From positions 3,071 through 67,070 of the forward strand of contig CAZUTA010000006.1 in NCBI GenBank assembly GCA_964622975.1: DNA of 64,000 nucleotides, in the 5' to 3' direction. The notes beneath the pieces are model-generated. The model was given only the letters and a program-made list of their open reading frames with translations, did not search any database and had not been told where the DNA came from. This document shows positions 26,072-35,969 of the stretch, piece after piece (the first letter of the stretch is position 1; every line of letters starts with the position of its first letter). The position numbers and the translations under genes were made by a program. Source of the DNA: an uncultured Bacteriovoracaceae bacterium (GTDB lineage: Bacteria > Bdellovibrionota > UBA2394).

Positions 26072-27087
26072 TCGAGGATCAGCTTCAAAAGATGATTCAA
26101 GCCGGGGCGGCTCCTGGATTTCAGTGTGCCTTAGGGATTAAGGATCGATCCCTTGGTTGTTACTCAGTAGGGCGCAGTCAGCCTCCCGCTCGAACGTCGG
26201 TGACAGCAGAAACTTTTTTTGATTTGGCTTCGCTGACAAAGGTTGTTGGCACAGTGACTTTTATTCTTTGGGGGCTTCAGCTCAGAAAAAATTTGGAACT
26301 GACGGATCCGCTTTCAAAATTTTTTCCTTCTTTTTCGAGTGGATTAAAGGACCGCACCGTCAAAGATCTCTTGCTTCATCGGGCAGGGTTGCCTGGTATT
26401 TTTGAAACCCTTGAAGAACTCCCTTCTCGCGAGGAGCGGATTCGATTTTTTTTACAAAGAGTGGATCAGGAGTATACAGCTCTCTCGCCTCAGTATTCGG
26501 ATGTAGGTTTTATCTTGCTCGGATTGATCTTAGAGCAAGTATTTGGAAAACGATTGAGAGAAATCGCGGCCTCTTATTTTGGAAAATCAGATATAAAGTA
26601 CGGTCCGATATCGGGTCGTAAGGCTGCGTACTCTGTCAGTCTCGAGGATTCGACGGAGGTTCTGAAGGGGGTAGTTCAAGATCCACGAGCAGAGTGGCTC
26701 GACGGAGATGCGGGGCATGCCGGATTGTTTGGCACGGCCGAAGCGATTGAAAAGTGGGCGCAGCAGATTTTTAGAGCCTATCACGGAAAGGACACTCTCT
26801 TAGGAGATCGAGTGGTTCGGGGCTTGCTCAATTTTGAAGAAGATATGCGATGGGTGGGAGGATTTGATCGCCCGACTCCTCCTTCACAAGCGGGGGAGCT
26901 GTTTTCGGCAACGACGATTGGACATTTGGGTTATACGGGGACGAGTTTTTGGATGGATCTAGAAACAGGGGCGCGAGTCACTCTGCTGGCACATCGGTAT
27001 TCGCCTGGATTTGATCCGGAGATCCTCAAAAAGCATCGGCCAGAATTTCACAATTGGCTTTGGCGTGAGGTCTTCTCTAAAATTTAG
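26062..27087 (+). CDS. Beta-lactamase-related serine hydrolase (AmpH/PBP4*-like)
   Basis: SLTK (SxxK) active-site motif. TTG start preceded by AAGGAG (alternative ATG at 26092). Confidence 0.7.
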   Translation: MSLIEDQLQKMIQAGAAPGFQCALGIKDRSLGCYSVGRSQPPARTSVTAETFFDLASLTKVVGTVTFILWGLQLRKNLELTDPLSKFFPSFSSGLKDRTVKDLLLHRAGLPGIFETLEELPSREERIRFFLQRVDQEYTALSPQYSDVGFILLGLILEQVFGKRLREIAASYFGKSDIKYGPISGRKAAYSVSLEDSTEVLKGVVQDPRAEWLDGDAGHAGLFGTAEAIEKWAQQIFRAYHGKDTLLGDRVVRGLLNFEEDMRWVGGFDRPTPPSQAGELFSATTIGHLGYTGTSFWMDLETGARVTLLAHRYSPGFDPEILKKHRPEFHNWLWREVFSKI

Positions 27088-27089
27088 CC

Positions 27090-28517
27090 ATGACGAGTGC
27101 ACTGCCTGCGGGATCTAAAATTTATTTTATAGCGATTTGTGGAACCGGCATGAGTGCTCTCGCAGGATTGCTCAAAGATCGCGGCTATCGAGTGGCGGGC
27201 TCGGATGTGGCTGCTTATCCTCCTGTTGGAGATCTTTTAAAGTCTCTGCAGATCCCTGTGCACTTGGGCTATGAGGTTGATCACTTAAAGTCTTTTGGGC
27301 CTGACTATGTCGTCATCGGAAATTTTGTTCGCCGAGATAATCCCCAGGCGCAGTATGTTTTGGAAAGCAAGATTCCCTATGGGTCGTTTCCGAGTACGCT
27401 CGAAGACTTTTTTTTGCAGGATACGCAAAACTACGTCGTAGTGGGTACCCACGGAAAAACGACGACGACCTCGTGCTTGGCCCATCTTTTGGCAGCGAGT
27501 GGGCAGGATCCCAGCTTTTTGGTGGGGGGAGTGCCCGTTAATTTTGGAAAGAGCTTTCATGTGGGACGAGGAAAGGCCTTTGTCATTGAGGGGGATGAAT
27601 ACGACACAGCCTTCTTTGATAAAGAGTCAAAGTTTTTGCACTACCGCCCCACAGTGGGGATATTCAATTCTGTCGAATACGATCACGCCGATATTTTTCC
27701 AACGGTCGAATCCATGGAAAATATGTTTCGCAAATTTTTGGGACGAGTGGCGCCCGACGGAGAGCTTTTTTATTGCAGCGATTGGGATCGAGTTGTCGGT
27801 CTTGTGGCTGAGGAGCGTAAGAGTGGGGTGCTCAAAGCGAAGGCTGTGAGTTTTGGCTTTTCAGCCAGCGCAGATTTTAGGATCGAGAACTTTGAGGAAT
27901 CCGAGGGAGGAATCCGATTTCGTCTTGCAGGAATGAACTTTGAATCGTCGATGAGTGGACGATTTAATGCTCAAAATTTTTCGGGAGCGATTTTGGCTGC
28001 CAGGCGAGCAGGAGTCCCTCTGGATGCGATTCAGCGATCGCTCAAAAGCTTTGAAGGAGTCAAACGTCGGCAAGAAGTCTTTGGCCGAGTCGGTGAACAT
28101 CTTGTGATTGATGATTTTGCACATCACCCGACGGCTGTCCGCCGAGTTCTCGAGGGATTGCGCGCCAAGTATCCTCATCACAGGCTTCTGACTTTTTTTG
28201 AACCTCGATCCAATACTTCTCGTCGCAACATCCTGCAAAAGGAGTTTGAAACTTGTTTTGAGCAAAGCGATCTGACGCTCATGGCGGAGCTCTTCAAAAA
28301 GGAGAGCATCCCTGAAGCAGAACGCCTCGATCTCAAACGAATCGAAGCGAGACATCGAGAGCTGGGACGCGAACTCAAGGCGGGACTGACAATCCCCGAA
28401 ATGTTAGAGCGGGCCAAAGAGTTTTCCAAAAAGGGGCCCAGCGTGTTTTTGGTTTTGTCGAATGGCGCCTTCGAAGGTCTTCATCAGAAGTTGATTTCTG
28501 AATTGAGTTCGAATTAG
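27090..28517 (+). CDS. mpl: UDP-N-acetylmuramate:L-alanyl-gamma-D-glutamyl-meso-DAP ligase (murein peptide ligase)
   Basis: N-terminus IAICGTGMSALAGLL...GSDVAAYPPVGDLL and GTHGKTTTTS closely match E. coli Mpl. Confidence 0.85.
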   Translation: MTSALPAGSKIYFIAICGTGMSALAGLLKDRGYRVAGSDVAAYPPVGDLLKSLQIPVHLGYEVDHLKSFGPDYVVIGNFVRRDNPQAQYVLESKIPYGSFPSTLEDFFLQDTQNYVVVGTHGKTTTTSCLAHLLAASGQDPSFLVGGVPVNFGKSFHVGRGKAFVIEGDEYDTAFFDKESKFLHYRPTVGIFNSVEYDHADIFPTVESMENMFRKFLGRVAPDGELFYCSDWDRVVGLVAEERKSGVLKAKAVSFGFSASADFRIENFEESEGGIRFRLAGMNFESSMSGRFNAQNFSGAILAARRAGVPLDAIQRSLKSFEGVKRRQEVFGRVGEHLVIDDFAHHPTAVRRVLEGLRAKYPHHRLLTFFEPRSNTSRRNILQKEFETCFEQSDLTLMAELFKKESIPEAERLDLKRIEARHRELGRELKAGLTIPEMLERAKEFSKKGPSVFLVLSNGAFEGLHQKLISELSSN

Positions 28518-28527
28518 ATTCCGACAC

Positions 28528-29061
28528 ATGAAGAATTTTATTTTGGTGTTTGCAGGGTTTTTGGCGATCAGTTCCATCAGTGTTTCCGCTCGAGATTTGA
28601 GCTATCGGTTGGGAGCGGGATATTCTCAAATGAGCTATTCGGTACGTAATGATGGGGCCACCACGTCGAGCCTGACCCAGGGAAGTGGAATTAATATGAG
28701 CTATGGCTTGGCTCAGGATTTTCAAGCGGGTGTGTTTTTTGGATTTGCCGATAGTTTTGATTCGACCGCTGTGGGTCCTTACTTCCGCTATGACATCCAG
28801 CGGCTCGTCAATACGGACACTTTGATTTGGAATCACCTCAATCTCTTCATTCAGGCGGCGTTTTTGATGAAATTTGGAAATGCGATCAAGGAAGGGGCCA
28901 CCATTCAGGCGCCCACCATCGGATTTGAGATTCTTCCCTTTGAACGAAATAATTTTGCGATCGGATCTCAGGCCGGTTTGATCATTGATTTCGTCGACAA
29001 GAACAAAATGAACTTCACTCGAGGTCAATTGGGTGATGTTTTCGTCAAGTATTACTTCTAA
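28528..29061 (+). CDS. Small outer-membrane beta-barrel protein
   Basis: Signal peptide, alternating amphipathic strands, C-terminal aromatic KYYF. Confidence 0.55.
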   Translation: MKNFILVFAGFLAISSISVSARDLSYRLGAGYSQMSYSVRNDGATTSSLTQGSGINMSYGLAQDFQAGVFFGFADSFDSTAVGPYFRYDIQRLVNTDTLIWNHLNLFIQAAFLMKFGNAIKEGATIQAPTIGFEILPFERNNFAIGSQAGLIIDFVDKNKMNFTRGQLGDVFVKYYF

Positions 29062-29178
29062 GGCTCTGTCGATTTTCTGAGTTAATAATCGGTAAAAATC
29101 GGCGCATCGCGTCTAGCAATGGTTGACACGATGCGGCTCTTTTCGGTGCAGTGGAGACCAGTGGGAGGGGTGTCCACA

Positions 29179-30291
29179 ATGTTGAGAGTTCATTTATGGA
29201 TCGGCGGGATTCTTGCCGGGTTCATTTCAATTTTGTCGGTAAATGCAGAAACTTTATATGTCGTCGATTTTGACGGTGTCATCATCGAGACGAGAGCGGA
29301 TCGGGTTGGCAGCGGGGCGGGATTTCCCACACGCTTTCGACTCTTTCGAAACTTCTTTCGATCAAATGCTCTCCAGGCCGCTCCTTCAGGCCCAGAGTTT
29401 ATCGAAGTGACAACGGCAGAGCTCGAAGCCATGGAGCCCTATCTCGCCAAAGGCGATGGGCGTACGGGGACACAAAACAAAGTCTTTAAGCTTTCAAGCG
29501 GTCAGGAAGTCATTGCGGGAGAGTATCATCTCCGCAGTCCCGACTCTTATTATCAACACCACGAAGGAGCCCAGGGTACAAATTGGTTACTGAAGGCTTT
29601 TAAGGAGGCCGAGGCTCGTGATCCCAAAGGCAAAAGCTGGAAGGGCCCCTTTTGGGATTATATGACCAAAATTCTTTCGAGCCCCGAAACGGCTCATAAT
29701 TTTTCGATTTTGACGGCTCGGGCGCATTCGCGTGAAGAGTGGCAGGAGTTTTTTAGTTATCTCAAAAAGCGCGGGCATATCAAAAATCTTCCCTCGATGG
29801 ATTTGATTTTTGCGGTTTCTCGCCGTGAGTATGATCGTTTTAATCTTCATTTTGATTCGACCGAACAAAAGATGGGCGTGCTTCAGGAGCTGGCCCTTCA
29901 ACTCGGTCGCCGTCCGCTCAAAAAGAGCGATATGGTCAAGGATGCGGATGGGCGAGGGCATTCGCTTTCGCACTTTTTGGTTTATGTCGAGGATCGTCCC
30001 GAAATCGTCGAAGCGGCTGCTCATCTTTTTAGACGGATGGCGCAAGCTCGCGTGATCCGAACCGCTCCGGTGAAGTTTGGAATCTTTAATGGAGGGACCG
30101 CTCAGGAAGTAAAAGACTTAGGCCGTCCGCAGTTTACAGTGCTGACTCCTCATGGAGTCTATCGACAGGCCGAACTTGCAGAAATTTGGGGGGAGCATCC
30201 TGCTCTTCGCTCACCTTCGGAGCTCAAGTCGTGCCGAGCCATTATTGCGCGCACGACTCAAGCCACGGCTAAAACGGGGAGAAAGTCATGA
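29179..30291 (+). CDS. Secreted HAD-like hydrolase (putative phosphatase/nucleotidase)
   Basis: Start moved to Met21 with GGAGG RBS. Signal peptide, then YVVDFDGVI (HAD motif I-like), SILTAR (motif II-like), VYVEDRPE (motif IV-like). Confidence 0.45.
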   Translation: MLRVHLWIGGILAGFISILSVNAETLYVVDFDGVIIETRADRVGSGAGFPTRFRLFRNFFRSNALQAAPSGPEFIEVTTAELEAMEPYLAKGDGRTGTQNKVFKLSSGQEVIAGEYHLRSPDSYYQHHEGAQGTNWLLKAFKEAEARDPKGKSWKGPFWDYMTKILSSPETAHNFSILTARAHSREEWQEFFSYLKKRGHIKNLPSMDLIFAVSRREYDRFNLHFDSTEQKMGVLQELALQLGRRPLKKSDMVKDADGRGHSLSHFLVYVEDRPEIVEAAAHLFRRMAQARVIRTAPVKFGIFNGGTAQEVKDLGRPQFTVLTPHGVYRQAELAEIWGEHPALRSPSELKSCRAIIARTTQATAKTGRKS

Positions 30292-32486
30292 AGTCTCAAT
30301 GGATTCTTGCTTTAGGTGTTTTAGTATTTTCGAACACTCTGCAGGCCGAGCCGGCTAAGAATAGTAACTGCCGCAATCGTTTTTTGGCCTTAAGTAAATC
30401 GGAGCAAGGGCAGCGCGATAAGAGTTTGTTTCGAGTTGTTACCGATTTTTATCGTCGTAACTATCGTTTGCCGGATGCCAAAGAAATCGCGGGGCTCGCC
30501 GGGATCTCTCAAAGGGATGTCACAGCTTGGATCCAGGCGCATGAAAGCGGATTGATGGAGCGATTCGTCGAAAAGGCTCCTCAAGTTTTGGAGTCAGTTC
30601 GTCAGGCGATTTCAAAGGAATATCTCAATCTCAGTTTGAGTCGATCGGAAACTCCGAGCGAAGAAGCCATGGCTAAGGAACTCGGCATGGAGCTGAAGGA
30701 CTATCAAAAGCTCTTTGGAAAGGGGCGACTCTTTGAGAGCCTCGAAGTTCTAAAGACTCGCGCCGCGGCTCGAGCCCCGACAAAGTTTAGAAAAGTAAAA
30801 GACGCAGATTTGTTTTCGGATAAATACGAAGGAGAGACCGTTCGATTGCTGAGTGAAGCCCCCGTTGTCATCATGACTTCGATCATCTCGGGCTTTCCTC
30901 TTCATGAGGCAGCACTCAAATCTCTGCTTCGCCTTGCCGAAGAGAAGGATGCCATAATTGCGATTCGAGCGATTAATGGAGAAGTCGACGGCCTCAAAGA
31001 CCCGTTGCTGCAACATCCTCGCATTCGATTGCTAACGAGTGATTCGTATGTTCTGACGCCTGAGATCGCGCTCAGTGATTTTACAACGGTTGCTAAATTC
31101 ATGGATCCGCTTCAGGGGGCGGACTCTTACGGAAAGCGAAACCAAACTCTCATTATGGCCGCTCCCAAATTGCGGATGCGTCCTCTGGCGTCGGCCCGAA
31201 ACACGTACCGAACAGTTTGGAGAATGACGACGGGAACGATTTCGGATTCGAACTATCATTTGGGGCATGTGATTTCAGAGCGCACAGACAAAAAGGCCTC
31301 AACCGAAGACGTTTTGGGACACTATTTTGGGGCGGTTATTTTGGAAAAGACTTCGGGAGATCCCCGCATTCTCAAAGGGGAGAAGGTCGTGGATTTTCAC
31401 ATTCGAAACGTCAAGTTTGTCGAAGATTTTGGTGGATGGTTTGATGTGAATAAATTTTATACGCCGGATCAAGTCGTCGATATGCAGGCGTCGAGCTTAG
31501 TGTTCGGCGATTCTCATATCGCCGTGGCGGATCAAAGTCTCTTAGCCTCCTTGCGAGAATTGATTCTCAAAGTAAAACCTCGAGCGATTGCACTTCATGA
31601 TGTTTTGGATGGAGATTCGATCAGTCCCCACGAAAAGGACATGGAAGTGACTCGATCTCGCAAATCTCGGCAGGGCAGAACAGACCTAAAGGCCGAGCTG
31701 TCTCGCGTGGTGGCGTTTTTGAACGCGATTCATCGGGTGGATCCCGAAGTGGATTTGGTGGTGATCCCCTCCAACCATCCCAATTGGTTGTATGGATATT
31801 TGCAGTCCGGCGCCTACAAATCCGATCCCGAAAATGCAAGATTGGGAGCAGAGTTGAGAGCGGTGATGGATGAAGGCCTCGATCCCCTCAAATATGTTTT
31901 GATGAATGGGTACAAAAAGCCCATCACACGCGATGCCAAGAGTGAACATATGTCGCGAGAAACGCTTTTGGATGCAGGCTTAGATTTTCCGCACAAGGTG
32001 ATCTTTAAAGATCGAGGTGAGCCCTGGTCTGTCGGACCCAAAGATCCGGAGCTTCAGCATTTGCTGACAGAACTTGGATTCCATGGACACGCCGGCAAAA
32101 ACGGAAAGCGACGTGTGACCGCCAAAGATGTAGCCATCGATTTGGGGCCAGGGGTTGTCGGTCATTTGCATTCCACCGAAGTCTATAATGATGGAGTGGT
32201 CATCGGGACCGGCACGGGCAAAAAGCCGAGCTACGGGGCAGACGGATATAATTCGTGGACTCAAACAATTGGCATTGTCGGCCCTTACGGCGGAACTCAA
32301 GTCGTTGAATTCAAAGACGGCGAGTGGTTCAACCTTTCGGGCGAAGCAGCCGATGGAGTGCAGAATGTGTTTCCGGCAGGGTACCCTCGTTTAGAATCCC
32401 AACGCTGGGATGGCTCAAGCGAAGGTCAGGTCGATCAATGGTCGGCCTACAAAGAGCGGGGGGCTGCCAAAAAATCGAAAGAATAA
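30288..32486 (+). CDS. Secreted large protein with metallophosphoesterase-like motifs
   Basis: Signal peptide. C-terminal half has LVFGDSHI, VVIPSNHPNW, FHGHAG, resembling calcineurin-like phosphoesterase motifs. ATGA overlap with upstream gene. Confidence 0.45.
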   Translation: MKSQWILALGVLVFSNTLQAEPAKNSNCRNRFLALSKSEQGQRDKSLFRVVTDFYRRNYRLPDAKEIAGLAGISQRDVTAWIQAHESGLMERFVEKAPQVLESVRQAISKEYLNLSLSRSETPSEEAMAKELGMELKDYQKLFGKGRLFESLEVLKTRAAARAPTKFRKVKDADLFSDKYEGETVRLLSEAPVVIMTSIISGFPLHEAALKSLLRLAEEKDAIIAIRAINGEVDGLKDPLLQHPRIRLLTSDSYVLTPEIALSDFTTVAKFMDPLQGADSYGKRNQTLIMAAPKLRMRPLASARNTYRTVWRMTTGTISDSNYHLGHVISERTDKKASTEDVLGHYFGAVILEKTSGDPRILKGEKVVDFHIRNVKFVEDFGGWFDVNKFYTPDQVVDMQASSLVFGDSHIAVADQSLLASLRELILKVKPRAIALHDVLDGDSISPHEKDMEVTRSRKSRQGRTDLKAELSRVVAFLNAIHRVDPEVDLVVIPSNHPNWLYGYLQSGAYKSDPENARLGAELRAVMDEGLDPLKYVLMNGYKKPITRDAKSEHMSRETLLDAGLDFPHKVIFKDRGEPWSVGPKDPELQHLLTELGFHGHAGKNGKRRVTAKDVAIDLGPGVVGHLHSTEVYNDGVVIGTGTGKKPSYGADGYNSWTQTIGIVGPYGGTQVVEFKDGEWFNLSGEAADGVQNVFPAGYPRLESQRWDGSSEGQVDQWSAYKERGAAKKSKE

Positions 32487-32499
32487 ATCGAGAGATGAT

Positions 32500-32760
32500 C
32501 TATTCTTTGGTTTTGAGGCGAGAATCATTATCGGTAATGAACTGGCGAATCTCGTCAGTCATTCCCAAAAGTTTGAGCCACTGCTCTTTGTAAAGAGTGA
32601 CGGGAAATCGTCCCATTCCATAAACCGAGACGGCGCCTTTTTCGCTCACTTTGAGAGAGAGAACCCCGCGAGCGGGTTTGGAAGCAGCGGCTTTTAAATT
32701 TTGGTTTTCGGCTTTGAGACGTTCGAGTTCAGCGCGCAAATCGCTATCAGATGAATTCAT
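32500..32760 (-). CDS. Small hypothetical coiled-coil protein
   Basis: Start placed at Met27 (32760) to avoid a 46-nt overlap with shc. No domain recognised. Confidence 0.3.
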   Translation of the reverse strand: MNSSDSDLRAELERLKAENQNLKAAASKPARGVLSLKVSEKGAVSVYGMGRFPVTLYKEQWLKLLGMTDEIRQFITDNDSRLKTKE

Positions 32761-32792
32761 GGGGCGAAGATAGTCGAGTCGTGAGACGAAAT

Positions 32793-34796
32793 CTAAGAAA
32801 ACTTTTGTTTGAGTCGGCCTAGAGCGATGAGGGGCCAAAAATTTCGGTAGCCGTCGTAGCGCAGATAAAAATGTTGAGGAAAGCCAGTGCCGGTAAATTC
32901 TTTCTCGTAGAATCCATCGTCTGCTCGGCGGGATTTGAGGAATTCGAGGCCACGTCGAATCTCGCCTTCGTAAGAATTTTCTGGATCCATACAGGCTTCA
33001 AGGGCCATCAGCGCCCACGCGGTTTGGCTTGGCGTTGAGACGGGAGCTGCGGTGGGAGGAGTGAGGTGATAACTGGCGCAAGACTCTCCCCATCCTCCAT
33101 CATCATTTTGACGTGAGAGAACAAATTTGATCGCGCGCTGAATATACGGCGCCTGAGTGGATTCTCCAACTTTGCGAAGTCCCACAACCGCGGCGGTAGT
33201 TCCATAAAGGAGGTTTACCCCCCAGCGGCCAAACCAAGCGCCGTCGCTTCGTTGAGTGAGTTTGAGATACCGGATCGCTGACTTGACCTGAGGACTTTGT
33301 CCCATGCCGAGTTCACCAAGCGTTTCTAAAACATGTCCAGTGACATCCGGATTTGAAGGATCAATCAAAGATTTGAGATCCGCAAAAGGGATGCGGTTGA
33401 GAATCACCTGATTATTATCGCGATCAAAGGTTCCCCAGCCTCCGTCCGTACATTGCATGGCAAATAGCCAATGAATCGCAGGCTGAAGTTCTTTGAGACT
33501 CATGCCGAGGCGATGCAAAACAAGCGTCACTACCGATGAATCATCCACATCGGGATAATGCGAATTGGAATACTGAAACGCCCAAGCCGCAAAGGGTTGG
33601 TTGCGGCGTAGTCGTGCTTTGAGTGCCCAATCTCCCTTTTTGCGAATGCGCTGATCCCAAAGCCATTCTTTGGCGTGCTGAAGGCTCTTCGATTGAGGAT
33701 CTTCGCCTGCTTCCAAAAGTCCGAGTACCGCGAGTGCTGTATCCCACACCGGCGAAACACAAGATTGCAAAACGGCTTCGCTATGGTCTTCGTGAGCGTG
33801 AGCGCGAATGCTGTCGCTGACACCTCGAGTAAATCGATAAAGAGCCTGAAGACCTTTTTGGATGGGCTCGGAGTCCAGACTCATTCCGAGCGCATGAAGT
33901 GCCATAATATTATTGAGCATGGGAGGTTGAATGCCGCCCCAATCTCCGCTCTCTTCTTGGTGCTTAAGAATCCAGTTTTTTGCTTTCTGGACGCAGAATC
34001 TTCTCAGAGGTTTTATCGCAATTTTGGATTCGTAAATCGAAACGCCTCGATTGAGCGCAATAAAAACTTGTTCCCAGTTGACCCAAGAGATGTCCCATTT
34101 TGTATTGGGAATAAACCACGACTCGTCCGCCGGAGGGGGAGGGATCAGTTCGGTTTTTTGCTTGTCGGCGGGATGGAGATAGAGCTCATCCAACGTAAAA
34201 TCCACCGCCTTGGTCTTTTGCAAATGAAACAAGATGGTCAAAGGAATAATGGTCACTCGCGACCAGTAAGAAAACTCATAAATATTAAACGGGATCTGTC
34301 GAGGAGCGAGCAAAATCTCGGGCGGAATCATCGGAATCCCGGTCCAAGGATAGAGTTCAAACAGGGCGAGCCAGATCTTGGTAAAAACTCGTGCTTTGGG
34401 GACCCCGCCTTCTTTCAAAATAAAATCTCGCGCGCGTACCAAAGCTTCGTGTGAGGAGGCATAGCCGGCGAGACGAAGCGCAAAATAAACTTCGAGGGTG
34501 GTACTCAGATTGCCCGGCCCGTCCGAATAAATACTCCAGGATCCCTCGGGGTTTTGGCGCTTGAGCATCGAATGAGAGAGTTTTCGAATCAGGACTTCAT
34601 TTTTGAGCCCCAACCAATGATGAAACATGATGAACTCAGCGTTCATGGTCATATTGTCATCGAGCGAATAGTGCCAATGCCCGTCTTGCTCTTGCCGATT
34701 GGAAACAACCGGCCCGATAAAGTCCAAAAGTCCCTGAACATCCTGGGTCAGGGTGGAAATGAGACTGGGCTTCTCTTTTTCCTGGAGAACGCGCAT
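32793..34796 (-). CDS. shc: Squalene-hopene cyclase
   Basis: Multiple QW motifs (QNPEGSWS, QEESGDWGG, QCTDGGWG, QRSDGAWFGRWG, QNDDGGWGE) and DVDDSS, the DxDD(T/S)A catalytic motif. Confidence 0.85.
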   Translation of the reverse strand: MRVLQEKEKPSLISTLTQDVQGLLDFIGPVVSNRQEQDGHWHYSLDDNMTMNAEFIMFHHWLGLKNEVLIRKLSHSMLKRQNPEGSWSIYSDGPGNLSTTLEVYFALRLAGYASSHEALVRARDFILKEGGVPKARVFTKIWLALFELYPWTGIPMIPPEILLAPRQIPFNIYEFSYWSRVTIIPLTILFHLQKTKAVDFTLDELYLHPADKQKTELIPPPPADESWFIPNTKWDISWVNWEQVFIALNRGVSIYESKIAIKPLRRFCVQKAKNWILKHQEESGDWGGIQPPMLNNIMALHALGMSLDSEPIQKGLQALYRFTRGVSDSIRAHAHEDHSEAVLQSCVSPVWDTALAVLGLLEAGEDPQSKSLQHAKEWLWDQRIRKKGDWALKARLRRNQPFAAWAFQYSNSHYPDVDDSSVVTLVLHRLGMSLKELQPAIHWLFAMQCTDGGWGTFDRDNNQVILNRIPFADLKSLIDPSNPDVTGHVLETLGELGMGQSPQVKSAIRYLKLTQRSDGAWFGRWGVNLLYGTTAAVVGLRKVGESTQAPYIQRAIKFVLSRQNDDGGWGESCASYHLTPPTAAPVSTPSQTAWALMALEACMDPENSYEGEIRRGLEFLKSRRADDGFYEKEFTGTGFPQHFYLRYDGYRNFWPLIALGRLKQKFS

Positions 34797-34845
34797 AGAC
34801 GTGATAATCTAGGGATCTCAAATTTAGCAGTCCAGGGGCTTTAAG

Positions 34846-35700
34846 ATGGAATTTCCTTACATAAAAATGCACGGCTGCCAGAACGATTATATCTATGTGA
34901 ATCTCTTGGCACATCCGATGGCTGAAGGGGCACAAGTGGATTGGGCCTCTGTATCAAAGAGGCTGAGTAATCGACAATCCGGCATTGGCTCGGACGGCCT
35001 CATATTGGTGGGTCCACCCAAGGAGCCGGGCGCAGATGCGGTCATGGTGATGTTCAATGCGGATGGCTCGGAAGGCAAAATGTGCGGCAACGGGATCCGC
35101 TGCGTGACCAAGCTTTTGTACGAAACCCTGGGCCCTAAGGATGTTTTTAAAATCATGACGGCATCGGGCGCCCGGGATTGCTATGTTTTGGAATCTGCGT
35201 CACCGGATCAGATGATGGTCAAAGTCAATATGGGCCGACCCACCTTTTTACCCGCCAAAATCCCCGTTACTTTTGATGATGTGATGGTCATGGGCGAAGA
35301 ATTTGAAGTGGCTGATCGCACGTTTAAGATTTCGTGTGTTTCGATGGGCAATCCTCATACGGTGATCGAAGTTGAAGACCTCGAGAACTTTCCGGTCGCA
35401 AAATACGGACCTTTGATCGAAAAGCATGAGGCATTTCCGGAAGGCACCAATGTCGAATTCATCGAAAAGCGGGATGGAAAGATCTATCAGCGCACCTGGG
35501 AGCGAGGCAGTGGAGAAACCATGGCTTGTGGATCAGGCGCTTGTGCTGTGGGAGTCGTTCTTTTGATGGGTAAGCGAGAGAGAAGCCCTATTGAGATCGC
35601 TCTCCGCGGGGGAATGCTTACTGTGGCATGGGACGGCCTGAGAGAAGTTTGGCTTACCGGAGAAGCCGTCACAGTTCAAAAAGGCGTTGCCGTCGTTTAA
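34846..35700 (+). CDS. dapF: Diaminopimelate epimerase
   Basis: MHGCQNDYI, NADGSEGKMCGNGIRC, GNPHTV, ACGSGACA motifs. Confidence 0.9.
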   Translation: MEFPYIKMHGCQNDYIYVNLLAHPMAEGAQVDWASVSKRLSNRQSGIGSDGLILVGPPKEPGADAVMVMFNADGSEGKMCGNGIRCVTKLLYETLGPKDVFKIMTASGARDCYVLESASPDQMMVKVNMGRPTFLPAKIPVTFDDVMVMGEEFEVADRTFKISCVSMGNPHTVIEVEDLENFPVAKYGPLIEKHEAFPEGTNVEFIEKRDGKIYQRTWERGSGETMACGSGACAVGVVLLMGKRERSPIEIALRGGMLTVAWDGLREVWLTGEAVTVQKGVAVV

Positions 35701-35711
35701 TCGAAAATCAA

Positions 35712-35924
35712 TTATTGGCCGAGGTCGTGGACTTCAGCATCAAGGGCTTCGGCTGAAGTAAACTCGTATTCTTTTTCTTCAGGCAAAGATTTGAGAAAGC
35801 TCTCGCGTTCAGCTCGGGTCAAAAAACCATGTTCCAGTTTTTTCTCGACCAAACGAACGTCGAATTTGGCTTCGTTTTCTTCCTTAAAAAACGCATCGAA
35901 AGCTTTAAGATCAGACTTAGTCAT
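35712..35924 (-). CDS. Small hypothetical protein (70 aa)
   Basis: Acidic/helical, convergent with dapF. Weak support. Confidence 0.3.
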   Translation of the reverse strand: MTKSDLKAFDAFFKEENEAKFDVRLVEKKLEHGFLTRAERESFLKSLPEEKEYEFTSAEALDAEVHDLGQ

Positions 35925-35969
35925 GAGCCTTTGATTGCCCTTTTAAACCGGAAAGGTCAATATTTTAGA

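Noticed and set aside
29062-29178. Imperfect hairpin catcgcgt...acacgatg followed by ctctttt between the OMP gene and the HAD-like gene.
   Set aside because: The stem contains a mismatch and lies within the extended (probably incorrect) ORF start. Possible weak terminator, but not confident enough to list as a feature.
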